From Syntrophorhabdus sp. (GTDB lineage Bacteria; Desulfobacterota; Syntrophorhabdia; Syntrophorhabdales; Syntrophorhabdaceae): 55,648 nucleotides of DNA. The position numbers were made by a program, and so were the translations under genes. Shown one piece after another: positions 8,114 through 17,386 of this stretch; position 1 is the stretch's first letter; each line of letters begins with the position of its first letter. The DNA is taken from NCBI GenBank assembly GCA_034679045.1, contig JAXDBK010000038.1, positions 1-55,648 on the forward strand, read 5' to 3'. The notes beneath the pieces were generated by a model, which did no database searches, was not told the DNA's origin, and worked only from the letters and a program-made list of their open reading frames with translations.

Positions 8114-10257
8114 TGGAGAGAGTCTGCGTCGCCTTTCTTTGGCATATGCACCAACCGTTCTACAAGAACTTGTCGACAGGGAAATACCTTCTCCCGTGGG
8201 TGTTGCTCCACGGAACGAAGGATTACTATGACATGGCGTATATACTTAAGGAGTTTCCTGGGCTGAAGCAGAATTTCAATCTCGTACCTTCCCTTGTGAA
8301 GCAGTTGGAGGATTATGAGCAGGCAGGCGTAAAAGACACGTACCTTGAGGTATTCAGAAAGACCCCGAAGGACCTTGCTGACGATGAGAAAATTTTTCTT
8401 TTGACGAACTTCTTTAACGCCAATTGGGAAAACATGATCAGGCCCTTTCCGCGATATTACGAACTTCTGAAGAAGAGGGGTTTCTATTACCCTAGGGAAG
8501 GCATCAGGGAAATTAAAGGGTATTTCACAGACGAGGATTTACGGGATATTCAGATTCTGTTTTTTCTGGCTTGGATGGATCCCATGTTTTTTGACCGGTA
8601 TGAAGGGCTGCAATATTTGAAATCAAAGGGCAAGGTATTCAGCGAGGATGACAAACTGGTGATTGAGGAGGTCCAGAGGAGCATCATCAAGGGAATAATA
8701 CCCCTTTATAAAGAACTTGCACAAGCCCAGACAATCGAGCTGTCTACTTCCCCATTTTATCACCCCATCATTCCGTTACTTATCGATAACAAAGCTGCCA
8801 GAGAGGCCATGCCGGATGTAAGGCTTCCTGAAAAACCTTTTTCCTGGCCCGAGGACGCGTCCCGTCAGATCGGAGACGCGGTCGCGCTGTTCAAGCGATT
8901 AGTTGGGACAAATCCCAAGGGTATGTGGCCGCCCGAGGGTTCTGTAAGCAATGACGCCTTCAAACTCTACGTGGATCAAGGGGTAGAATGGTTGGCAACA
9001 GACGAGTATATTTTGTATGAAAGTATCGGCGTACCCCACTTCAGGGATGGGAACGGTTTTCTGACAACACCGGAGATTCTCTATAAACCATACAGGTGGG
9101 AGCATGACGGTAAAGTATTACACGTGGTTTACAGGGATCAATCCCTGTCTGATCTCATATCGTTTCATTATTCGAAGTCGGGCCCCAAGGAAGCGGCCGG
9201 CGATTGTATCCGACGGCTTAAAACTATTGGAGAATCGGTGAGAGGAAGGATTCGGACTCCTCTGATAACCATTGCCATGGACGGCGAAAATGCCTGGGAA
9301 AATTACAGTAATGACGGCAGGGACTTTTTGAGTTACCTGTATGAAGGCATACTCAAGGAGGAGAATATTGTCCCGACAACAATTTCAGAGTACCTTCAAG
9401 AGGCGAGTGATGTGGGACATCTACGAAGAAGCTACGCCGGATCATGGATCGGCCACAACTTCTCGATCTGGATAGGTCAGGTGGAGGATAATGCGGGATG
9501 GTCTCTGCTTTCCGATGCCCGACGATTTATCGGGGAAGCTGATCCCGACAAGGAAAACAAGGAAGCCTGGGAATCAATTTACATTGCAGAGGGAAGCGAC
9601 TGGTTCTGGTGGTACGGCGATGAGCATTCGTCCGAGAATGATGAGGTCTTTGATTTCCTTTTCCGGGAAAACCTTGCAAACGTTTATCGGTTTCTCGGCG
9701 CCGAGCCGCCGGATGCACTCTCTATACCGATTCTCCTCGAAGATCGGGAGGTAAGGCCCACACGGGAACCGATCAATTTCATCTATCCCAGGATTGACGG
9801 GAAGGTTACAAGTTATTTTGACTGGATAGGCGCGGGTTTCGTTGAAGGCAAGGGCCACGGCGTTGCCATGCATGATGCAACGGTCCTTCTCAAGGGCTGC
9901 TATTACGGTTTTAATGAACATTCCCTCTATTTGCGTATTGATCTCGACAAGCGTTTTATCCCTGATATAAAGGATGTGTCTTTCGAGATAAGTCTTGGGA
10001 GAGGCACGACGACGAAAACAGTGTACCATGTAGAAGGAGCCAGAAAAGAGACATCTCTACCGGTTACCCTTAGTTTTTCGGACATCCTTGAGATGGAGTG
10101 CCCCATAAATAGCCTTGGTGCGAAGAAAGGTGAAAAGATCAACATCCGGGTCTCACTCAAGATCAAGGATATGATAGTTGACACCCTCCCCAAACGAGGG
10201 TACCTTTCTGTGGCAGTCCCATCTGAAAGTTTTGAGTGGGAGATGTGGTACGTTTAA
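8113..10257 (+). CDS. Glycoside hydrolase family 57 (amylopullulanase/alpha-amylase-like)
   Basis: WHMHQP, SPFYHPIIPL, GMWPPEGSV (nucleophile E), AMDGENAWE (acid/base D), AEGSDWFWW. Confidence 0.92.
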   Translation: MERVCVAFLWHMHQPFYKNLSTGKYLLPWVLLHGTKDYYDMAYILKEFPGLKQNFNLVPSLVKQLEDYEQAGVKDTYLEVFRKTPKDLADDEKIFLLTNFFNANWENMIRPFPRYYELLKKRGFYYPREGIREIKGYFTDEDLRDIQILFFLAWMDPMFFDRYEGLQYLKSKGKVFSEDDKLVIEEVQRSIIKGIIPLYKELAQAQTIELSTSPFYHPIIPLLIDNKAAREAMPDVRLPEKPFSWPEDASRQIGDAVALFKRLVGTNPKGMWPPEGSVSNDAFKLYVDQGVEWLATDEYILYESIGVPHFRDGNGFLTTPEILYKPYRWEHDGKVLHVVYRDQSLSDLISFHYSKSGPKEAAGDCIRRLKTIGESVRGRIRTPLITIAMDGENAWENYSNDGRDFLSYLYEGILKEENIVPTTISEYLQEASDVGHLRRSYAGSWIGHNFSIWIGQVEDNAGWSLLSDARRFIGEADPDKENKEAWESIYIAEGSDWFWWYGDEHSSENDEVFDFLFRENLANVYRFLGAEPPDALSIPILLEDREVRPTREPINFIYPRIDGKVTSYFDWIGAGFVEGKGHGVAMHDATVLLKGCYYGFNEHSLYLRIDLDKRFIPDIKDVSFEISLGRGTTTKTVYHVEGARKETSLPVTLSFSDILEMECPINSLGAKKGEKINIRVSLKIKDMIVDTLPKRGYLSVAVPSESFEWEMWYV

Positions 10258-10291
10258 GACGGAAAGGGTGGCTCTTTGTGCGACAACCGCA

Positions 10292-11443
10292 TCATGTTCG
10301 TGCTATCCCATGAATGGGGAATACACTCTCCTGTATTGAGTTGACCACCCTTTTTGCATGGTCAAAACACAGGTCTTTTTCACGGCCTTCCAGTACATAA
10401 GGCGGGTCGTCAAGATTGCCGGCATGTTCCTCGGGACCGTACATCATCCCACCGACAGTGCCCATGTGCCGGTCAGACGGCTCCAGACCGCAGAGCGTGG
10501 CCCAAGCTAAGGTCCATAGAGCGACGGTCTTGTTCAAATTGTAACCCCCGGCCCCTGTGGCCAGTATCTTTGGTGAAATCTTCCGGATTGTCTCTATTAC
10601 CCGCTTGTAGCTGTTACTTGTAAGGTTCAGATGAGCCAAGGGGTCGTTCTTGTGGGCATCGGCCCCCAAAACTGCGAAGACTATGTCGGCCTTAAAGGCC
10701 TCAAGAAGGGGCGGAACAATGGATTCAAAGGCAAAAAGATAGATTTCGTCATCAGTTTCGGCACGAAAAGGCACATTCACCGTGTACCCTATGCCTGCTC
10801 CGGTGCCGATTTCAGTCTCAAAACCAGACCACGGGTAGAGGGATTCTCCTGACTCATGAAGAGAGATGTTCAAGACCTTGTCGGTCTCGTAGAACGCATC
10901 CTGCACGCCGTTTCCATGGTGGGCATCGAGATCGATATAGGCGATCCTCAGTCCTTTTTGAACGAGGTCGCTGATTGTAACAGCTATGTCGTTGATGTAA
11001 CAAAACCCTTCAGCATGGTCTTTGCCGGCGTGGTGAAAACCCCCGTTGGGGTTGAAGGCCAGCCGTGCCACGTCGTTGAGAAGAAGCATCGCCCCCTGAT
11101 ACGTACCGCCCGACGCGAGAAGGGCGAGTTGAAACATGGATTCAAAAACGGGATTATCCCCCGTCCCGAGGCCGGCTCGGAGCATTTCCACGGTAAATTC
11201 TCCCCTTTCCGCCTTTTTCAAGACATCAATATACTGATGGGTGTGGTAAAGGTAGAGAAGTTCCTCCTCCAAGGGCGCCGGTTCCACAACCCTTTGCCGT
11301 TCCCCGTCTATGAGCCCGTAACGGTTGAGTAGTTCCATGAGGAGACGGGCCCTCACCGGTTTAAATGGGTGATTAGGTTTGTATTGCGTTGATGCAAGAT
11401 TATCAGAATAGAATATTACGTCAAGCAAGTGATCCTTTTCCAT
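10292..11443 (-). CDS. acuC: Zn-dependent histone-deacetylase-family protein (AcuC-like lysine deacylase)
   Basis: HPFKPxR, GGFHHA, GFCY, DLDAHHGNG, GADAH, GAGGY motifs; ATG overlaps the upstream stop (TGATG). Confidence 0.85.
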   Translation of the reverse strand: MEKDHLLDVIFYSDNLASTQYKPNHPFKPVRARLLMELLNRYGLIDGERQRVVEPAPLEEELLYLYHTHQYIDVLKKAERGEFTVEMLRAGLGTGDNPVFESMFQLALLASGGTYQGAMLLLNDVARLAFNPNGGFHHAGKDHAEGFCYINDIAVTISDLVQKGLRIAYIDLDAHHGNGVQDAFYETDKVLNISLHESGESLYPWSGFETEIGTGAGIGYTVNVPFRAETDDEIYLFAFESIVPPLLEAFKADIVFAVLGADAHKNDPLAHLNLTSNSYKRVIETIRKISPKILATGAGGYNLNKTVALWTLAWATLCGLEPSDRHMGTVGGMMYGPEEHAGNLDDPPYVLEGREKDLCFDHAKRVVNSIQESVFPIHGIART

Positions 11444-12198
11444 CAATTTCTACCACCTGATAAGTTTTCTAAAATAAATGCGGTGAGCCTCGCAACTCCC
11501 TTTCGGAATGGGTTTGCGGAAAAACCGCTTTGCCATGCACCGTCGCTAAAGGAATCGGACACTACCAGAAATGCTATGCCTTTTAATCCCTTGTACTCAC
11601 AAACGGCGTACAGGGAGGCCACCTCCATTTCTACCCCTGAAATGCCTGTTTGCCGGTATCGTTTGATTTTGTCTGCGGTTTCCCTGTAAAGGGCATCACA
11701 ACTCCAAATCAGGGCCTCACGAAAGCCATTTTCTTTTGCCGAATCCTCCCACTCCCGGTACCAACTGGAGTATACAAAGTCGTCATCTGTCGGGAGGTAA
11801 TGATACGAAACACCCTCCTCTCTCAATGCCCCTTTAGCAATGAGCACATCACCTATGGCCACCTGGTCGGACAGGGCGCCACAGTAACCCCAAAGGATGA
11901 ATTCATGGACGCCGAAAGTGGACAGCTCTTCTACGACGGCGGCCACATTGGATCCGCCAAAATAGGATCTTGTTACCACCGTATCGGTATCGGGGAGACG
12001 ATAAATGGGCCGAAACCTTGACCATGCTTCGATGGTCTTTGTATCGGCGCCGACGACTAATTTCCTCATATCCCCTGTGTTAAAAGTCAAAACAGCCCTT
12101 TCCGGCAGGGCGAGATCGTGATCCTCTTTTCCGGTTACGGCACGGACCAGATCGCCAGGGGTCAGAATAGCAGGTGACGGATCAAAGATATGTTTCAA
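11443..12198 (-). CDS. Nucleoside phosphorylase (PNP/UDP family 1)
   Basis: VEEL...G, GYCGAL, ALREEGVSYHY, DALYRET, VEMEVASL, VVSD. Confidence 0.87.
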   Translation of the reverse strand: MKHIFDPSPAILTPGDLVRAVTGKEDHDLALPERAVLTFNTGDMRKLVVGADTKTIEAWSRFRPIYRLPDTDTVVTRSYFGGSNVAAVVEELSTFGVHEFILWGYCGALSDQVAIGDVLIAKGALREEGVSYHYLPTDDDFVYSSWYREWEDSAKENGFREALIWSCDALYRETADKIKRYRQTGISGVEMEVASLYAVCEYKGLKGIAFLVVSDSFSDGAWQSGFSANPFRKGVARLTAFILENLSGGRN

Positions 12199-12670
12199 TA
12201 AACCTTTTTTTCAGCCTTTCGTAACTCGTATAAAGGTGTTCGGAAATTACCCGTGTTTCTCCCAGAATCGGCATGAAATTAGTATCCCCGAACCATCGGG
12301 GAACCATGTGAATATGACAGTGGTCCTCGAGACCGGCACCGGCTGCCCTGCCGATGTTCATTCCGATATTCAGCCCCCCAACGTTAAACTCGTGCTTGAA
12401 AACCGTTGTCATCTGTTTGACAAGCCTCATCATGTCGATCGTCTCTTCATCGGCAAGTTGTTCGATAGAACCCACATGTCGCACTGGTACCACCATCACA
12501 TGCCCGTTGGTATAGGGAAAGCGATTCATGATGACGAAGGCATTTTGGTTTCTCCCGACCACCAAAGCTCTTTCGTCGTCGTCCTTTTTCACACAGAGGA
12601 AGCATCCTTCATCAGACTTCGATGCAGATGAAACATATTCGGTTCTCCAGGGTGCCCAAACTCGATCCAT
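12182..12670 (-). CDS. HIT-domain protein (FHIT/Ap4A hydrolase-phosphorylase-like)
   Basis: WAPWR, CFLC, NRFPYTNGH, GMNIGRAAGAG, HCHIHMVPRW histidine triad; GAGGAG RBS. Confidence 0.9.
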   Translation of the reverse strand: MDRVWAPWRTEYVSSASKSDEGCFLCVKKDDDERALVVGRNQNAFVIMNRFPYTNGHVMVVPVRHVGSIEQLADEETIDMMRLVKQMTTVFKHEFNVGGLNIGMNIGRAAGAGLEDHCHIHMVPRWFGDTNFMPILGETRVISEHLYTSYERLKKRFIETYL

Positions 12671-13057
12671 AATCAACTCCTCAGAAAAAGGTCATCCCAC
12701 TAACAATGGGGGAAATTCGTACTACCGGCATGCAGCATGAACATATAGAAATCATCGGGTCTCGAAGGTTTTTTTTCCTCTCGTATACGTCCGCTTCTTC
12801 CCCCACCCTTTGCCTTCTCTGTGATTGCATCGCATACGGGAGGCGGCGGTGTTTGTCGGTTCTGTGGCACCCGCTCTCGATTTCGGGACAATGTAACCAC
12901 AGGCAAGTCTCTTGGGGCTTGGGATTAAATCGATTTCCATCGTATTGCATACACAATTGTCGTTACGGAAAATATTCTTCCCCAAGAACCGGCCGTTAGC
13001 ATTGTTATTGCAGACCGGTTTCACAAGCTTGGTGACCGCCGGCTGTCCGACATTTTC

Positions 13058-13190
13058 GGAAATGCCCCTGATGCTTTTCTCATGCTCCTCGATTGTTCGT
13101 ACCTTTTCTAGGGTTACCTGGATTACGGCCTGTCTTTACGACAGGACGATCAGGTATCAAAAGGTCCCGTTGAGAAGAAGGGTCTTTTCC
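13058..13190 (-). ncRNA. Candidate ~133-nt rod-like structured RNA (sRNA or 5' leader)
   Basis: Nested pairings found by hand: GGAAA/TTTCC, CCCT/AGGG, TTCTCA/TGAGAA, ACCTTTT/AAAAGGT, TACCTG/CAGGTA, CCTGTC/GACAGG; begins just downstream of a sigma70 promoter; family not recognised. Confidence 0.45.
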
Positions 13191-13203
13191 ATTAAGTGTA
13201 GCA

Positions 13204-13232
13204 ATTTTAGCATGTTCTTGGTCTAATATCAA
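13204..13232 (-). promoter_or_regulatory. Putative sigma70 promoter with extended -10
   Basis: TTGATA (13232-13227), 17 bp, TGc-TAAAAT (13209-13204). Confidence 0.6.
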
Positions 13233-13285
13233 TACTTTTCAACGGGTTATAGGCAATGAGCGTTCCACAGGGCATGGGTTTATTT

Positions 13286-13314
13286 TTGTATTTCCCTTCA
13301 GTCTGTGGTAATAA
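13286..13314 (+). promoter_or_regulatory. Putative sigma70 promoter of the downstream membrane protein gene
   Basis: TTGTAT (13286-13291), 17 bp, TGg-TAATAA (13309-13314). Confidence 0.4.
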
Positions 13315-13347
13315 CAATCATTGCCAGGACGGTGCAAGGAGAAAGAG

Positions 13348-13866
13348 ATGGCTACATTTAATGAAGAAAACAAACAGGTCGACGACGGCGACGAACTTTT
13401 GAAATTGTTGGAAAATCAGGAAAGCAAGACAAGAAGCTCACAATCGGGTGGACTGGGCTCGTTTTTAAAGGGCTTGCCTATAGGGATCATCGTGGTCATT
13501 GTAGTGGCAATTATTCTTGCGATTATGGTTTTTTCGCTGAGCTCGACTGTATCCGGCCTTGAAGGTGAAATAGCAGGCATCAAGAATGTCAAGGCCCAGA
13601 TGACAGAATTGGAAGGAAAGATCGAGAAGTTGGGCAAAGAAAATGAGGACATGAGGACTGAAATAAGCCGACTCAAGGGCGAATCGCAAAGCCTACGGGC
13701 TCAGCGGAGACAGACCGAAGCAAAAGCCGGAGCGGCTAAACAGCAGATCGTAAAGAAAAAACAGCCTGTGGCGCCGACCAAGCCGAAAGTGACAACGCCG
13801 ACGAGAGCGAAGGCCGCGGCGCCCGGCAAGACGAAGTCTCAGTTGAAAAACCAGCCCGCACGATAA
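13348..13866 (+). CDS. Hypothetical bitopic membrane protein with coiled coil and Lys/Pro/Ala-rich tail
   Basis: AAGGAG RBS + ATG 13348; one TM helix (IGIIVVIVVAIILAIMVF), heptad-rich segment, basic tail. Confidence 0.75.
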   Translation: MATFNEENKQVDDGDELLKLLENQESKTRSSQSGGLGSFLKGLPIGIIVVIVVAIILAIMVFSLSSTVSGLEGEIAGIKNVKAQMTELEGKIEKLGKENEDMRTEISRLKGESQSLRAQRRQTEAKAGAAKQQIVKKKQPVAPTKPKVTTPTRAKAAAPGKTKSQLKNQPAR

Positions 13867-13929
13867 AATATCAGGTTCGACACCCCGGTTAGCCGGTCAG
13901 CGAGAGCGATGCAGTGCTCTTCGCCTATA

Positions 13930-15225
13930 TTACTTTGTAAGAATTGTTCCTCCCCCGGTATAAAACATGCCGGCTATGGCGCCGGTGATCAGACACGCTA
14001 TATTTGAGGCAAGAAGCGCCCAGAGCCCAAGGACGGAAATATCCTTTGTTCGCTCAGGTACGATGGTAGCAGTGCCGCCGACGAAGATTGCCAAAGATGG
14101 TATGTGGGCAAAACCGCAGAGGGCATAGGTGGCGATAACCACGCTCCTCTCATAAAGCAGTCGTCCTTCCTTTACGAGAGTGGCCAGATCCTGATATGAT
14201 TTCACCTCGGTTTCGATGATTCTCTCTCCTATAATTCTTGCTATGGCTGGCGCATCCTCGTAGGGAACCCCAAGGGCGAGGGCGAAGGGATAGAAGAGGT
14301 AGCCAAGGAGGGCATGGAGGGTGATGTCCAGTTTGGTGCCGAACAGTGCATTGAAAGCTGTCCCTGCGTAAAGCAAACCACTATCGAAAAGGGCAATGAG
14401 TCCAATGAAGGAAACAAGGAGGGCGCCTATTCCCACGACCATCTTGACGCCAGTCATAGACCCGTTGATTACGGCCTCGATGGGGTTGCCCGGCTTCTCA
14501 TACTCGATGCTGACGATGCATCCTAAGGTGATTGGCTTACCGGTTTCCGGGATAAGAAGTTTGCTCGCCATGATGGCTGCAGGCGCCAGCAGTATAGACG
14601 CGGAGATGAGGTGAGCGGCTACGTTTGAAAAAGTACCGGACAGGATTATTACATAGAGGCCGAGTACACTTGATGCGATAGTTGCCATGCCTGTAGTGAG
14701 GACTACAAGGAGTTCCGATCGTGTCATCTCCTTTAGGTAGGGACGGACCGTCAGATTCGATTCAATGCCGAGAAATATCTGGGCTGACGCACACAGGGAC
14801 TCTGCACCACTGATACCGAGGACGTTGACGAAGATGCGGGCAAAAAGGCCAATCATCTTTTCCATGACCCCAAAATAATAGAGAAGCTCCATGAGGGCAG
14901 CGAAAAAGACAATTGAGGGAAGGGCCTGGAACGCGAGGATGAAGCCGAGAGAATTTGCCTTCCCCGGCGGTATGGCAAGTCTCCCGAAGAGGAACTGTGC
15001 ACCCTGGAAGGAACTATCGATTACCCCCATGGCGAAGTTGTTGAGGAAGAAGAACAGTTTGGCACCAAAGGGGACCCGAAAAACGAAGAGGGCAAAGAGA
15101 ATTTGAAGCCCCAGGGCCCACACCAGCACCCTCAGGCTTATGGATCTTTTGTGCTGGGAAAGGAGGGCAAGGAACCCGATGAGGAGGAGGACGCCGAACG
15201 CTGAGATAAGGTTGTGGATGCTCAT
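13930..15225 (-). CDS. Concentrative nucleoside transporter (CNT/NupC family)
   Basis: FQALPSIVFFAAL, GISGAES, IFLGIES, MTRSEL, GMATIA, YALCGFAH. Confidence 0.92.
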   Translation of the reverse strand: MSIHNLISAFGVLLLIGFLALLSQHKRSISLRVLVWALGLQILFALFVFRVPFGAKLFFFLNNFAMGVIDSSFQGAQFLFGRLAIPPGKANSLGFILAFQALPSIVFFAALMELLYYFGVMEKMIGLFARIFVNVLGISGAESLCASAQIFLGIESNLTVRPYLKEMTRSELLVVLTTGMATIASSVLGLYVIILSGTFSNVAAHLISASILLAPAAIMASKLLIPETGKPITLGCIVSIEYEKPGNPIEAVINGSMTGVKMVVGIGALLVSFIGLIALFDSGLLYAGTAFNALFGTKLDITLHALLGYLFYPFALALGVPYEDAPAIARIIGERIIETEVKSYQDLATLVKEGRLLYERSVVIATYALCGFAHIPSLAIFVGGTATIVPERTKDISVLGLWALLASNIACLITGAIAGMFYTGGGTILTK

Positions 15226-15413
15226 TATGGATTCTTGAAAGGATTAAATAGTTCTTACGGTATTTTACATACCTGCGAGGGATTTACGCAATGAAAAAGT
15301 GGCGGTCATAGAGGGAGGCGCATTCCTAAACGAAACCATCGGGTGTACGGTAACGATTATGTAGCGACTGATGGTCGCTGGAATGAGTATCAATATTCAA
15401 GGAGTGCTAACTG

Positions 15414-16295
15414 GTGACTGAAGATTTCAAGTCAAGAATTCTGAAAATGATAAGCCACCTGCCGCCTATTCCCACGGTCATGGCCGAACTTGTTCAGGCA
15501 CTGAAGGATGAAGAGACCGATCTTAATGTGGTGGGGAAGATCATCGCAAAAGATCCTTCCATGAGCGTTAACGTATTGAAAGTAGCAAATTCAGCCTTCT
15601 ATAGACTTTCTGTAAAGGTGAATGATATAGAACACGCGGTGCGCCTCTTAGGGACAAAGGAAATCGCCTCGCTGTGTATAGCCTGTATGGCAGGAAGAAC
15701 GTTGAAAGCGCCCGCCGGTCATAAAACAATGGACATCCGTAAATTCTGGCACCACTCGGTTGCTACAGTCGTTATAGCCAAAGGGCTCTGCAGCGGGTTG
15801 AAAATCCAAGCCCAAAGCAATATCTATCTTGCCGGGCTTATTCATGATGTGGGCAAGATTATCCTCGATAGGTTCATGCACGATGCATATCAGGAAATTA
15901 TCAAAATTACCTATAACGAGGGCATCTCAATGACAGAGGCGGAACTGCGCGTGATTGGTGAATCACACTCGAGGGTCGGCGGATGGCTCATGGAGGCGTG
16001 GAATTTTCCGTCCAGCTTCGCAAAGATTGCCGATTATCATCATGCAGTCATGGAAGCCGATGACGAGAGTCGATCCGACGCTGCCGTTGTTGCACTGGCG
16101 AACCAACTTGCCAGACGCAAGAGCTTCGGTTTTGGCGGGGATATGAGCGGCATCGTGCTTTCAGACGTTGATGCCTGGAAGATTATTGACGCGGGGCACC
16201 CTCAAATTAAGCATCTCGATGTAGTTAAGTTCATCTGCGACTTAGATGAGGCATATAGCGACATTGTAGCAGTGGAAAGGATGATCAACAATTAA
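15414..16295 (+). CDS. HDOD-domain protein (copy 1)
   Basis: LPPIP, KDPSM...LKVANSAFY, FWHHS, AGLIHDVGK, HSRVG..LMEAWNFP, YHH; AAGGAG RBS + GTG. Confidence 0.9.
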   Translation: MTEDFKSRILKMISHLPPIPTVMAELVQALKDEETDLNVVGKIIAKDPSMSVNVLKVANSAFYRLSVKVNDIEHAVRLLGTKEIASLCIACMAGRTLKAPAGHKTMDIRKFWHHSVATVVIAKGLCSGLKIQAQSNIYLAGLIHDVGKIILDRFMHDAYQEIIKITYNEGISMTEAELRVIGESHSRVGGWLMEAWNFPSSFAKIADYHHAVMEADDESRSDAAVVALANQLARRKSFGFGGDMSGIVLSDVDAWKIIDAGHPQIKHLDVVKFICDLDEAYSDIVAVERMINN

Positions 16296-16445
16296 TTTGC
16301 CCAGAACACCCTTACGCATTCTATCCATTTATTTTCATTAGCTTAATTTAGAAAATTACCCATTGACGATCCCTTTAAAGCGGAATAAGGTTTTTGCGAT
16401 AATATGAAAACATCTTCGGCTGTTCATGTGTTGCGAGGGAGAATC

Positions 16446-17336
16446 ATGATCGAGGATTTTGAAAGCAAAATCAAACACACGATAGAATACCTCCCACCAA
16501 TGCCGATGGTCATGTCTGAACTGATAAACGCGCTCCATGATGATGATATGGATTTGAATGGGCTCGGTAGGATCATCTCAAAAGACCCCTCTATGACAAT
16601 GAACGTTTTAAAGGTGGCCAATTCCGCCTTCTATGGTTTACACAACACGGTCTCCAGTATTGAGCATGCTGTGCGGATGCTCGGACCAAGAGAAATCACG
16701 TCGCTCTGTATAGCCTGCAGCGCAGGAAGGATACTGAACCCCTTGTCCGGTAAACCCGCAATTGAAGTGGCCATATTTTGGAGGCATTCGGTGGCAACCG
16801 GTGTGTTTGCAAAAATGCTGGCCAGTGAACTGAATATCGGGCTGTTAAACAACATCTATCTCGCCGGTCTTGTTCATGATGTGGGAAAAACTGTCCTGGA
16901 TCGGTTCGCTCATGATATTTACGGTAACGTTATGTGTTTGATGAACAGTGAAGGAATAAGTATGGCAGAGGCCGAAAGGCTGATTATAGGTATATCCCAT
17001 GACGTCGTAGGCGCATGGCTTATGGAAAAATGGCAACTTCCCAGCATCTTTGGCTGGGTTGCAAAGAACCACCATGGCATTTGTGAAGTACCACAGGAAT
17101 TCCTTATTGCCGTTGCAATTGTTGCCTTGGCAGATCATCTTGCGTGGGATAAGGGTTTTGGCTTTGGCAGCAACACGAGCAGGACCGGTTTTAAAGCCAC
17201 AGAAGCCTTTAAAGCACTGGACCGTGTCAGTCCGGGAATGAGGGGCCTGGATTTCATGGACTTTATTTCAACCCTTGACAAGGCAAGCGAAGAAATCAAT
17301 GAGTTAGAAAGAGTAATGAGCGGTAACCGACCGTAG
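16446..17336 (+). CDS. HDOD-domain protein (copy 2)
   Basis: LPPMP, KDPSM...LKVANSAFY, FWRHS, AGLVHDVGK, HDVVG..LMEKWQLP, NHH; GAGGGA RBS + ATG 16446. Confidence 0.9.
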   Translation: MIEDFESKIKHTIEYLPPMPMVMSELINALHDDDMDLNGLGRIISKDPSMTMNVLKVANSAFYGLHNTVSSIEHAVRMLGPREITSLCIACSAGRILNPLSGKPAIEVAIFWRHSVATGVFAKMLASELNIGLLNNIYLAGLVHDVGKTVLDRFAHDIYGNVMCLMNSEGISMAEAERLIIGISHDVVGAWLMEKWQLPSIFGWVAKNHHGICEVPQEFLIAVAIVALADHLAWDKGFGFGSNTSRTGFKATEAFKALDRVSPGMRGLDFMDFISTLDKASEEINELERVMSGNRP

Positions 17337-17386
17337 AAAGTCTCGCGGTTGGTCTCAGGAAAAGATTTCGTTTATACTATAGCCAC

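Noticed and set aside
13104-13180. ykkC/guanidine-I-like riboswitch suggested by TTTTCTAGGGTT on the + strand
   Set aside because: The following CCG and the 3' ACACGG...GGGA.AAAAGCCCGGG elements are absent
12681-13226. Several 68-104 aa ORFs in the HIT upstream region
   Set aside because: Overlapping in conflicting frames, no RBS or recognisable domains, atypical composition
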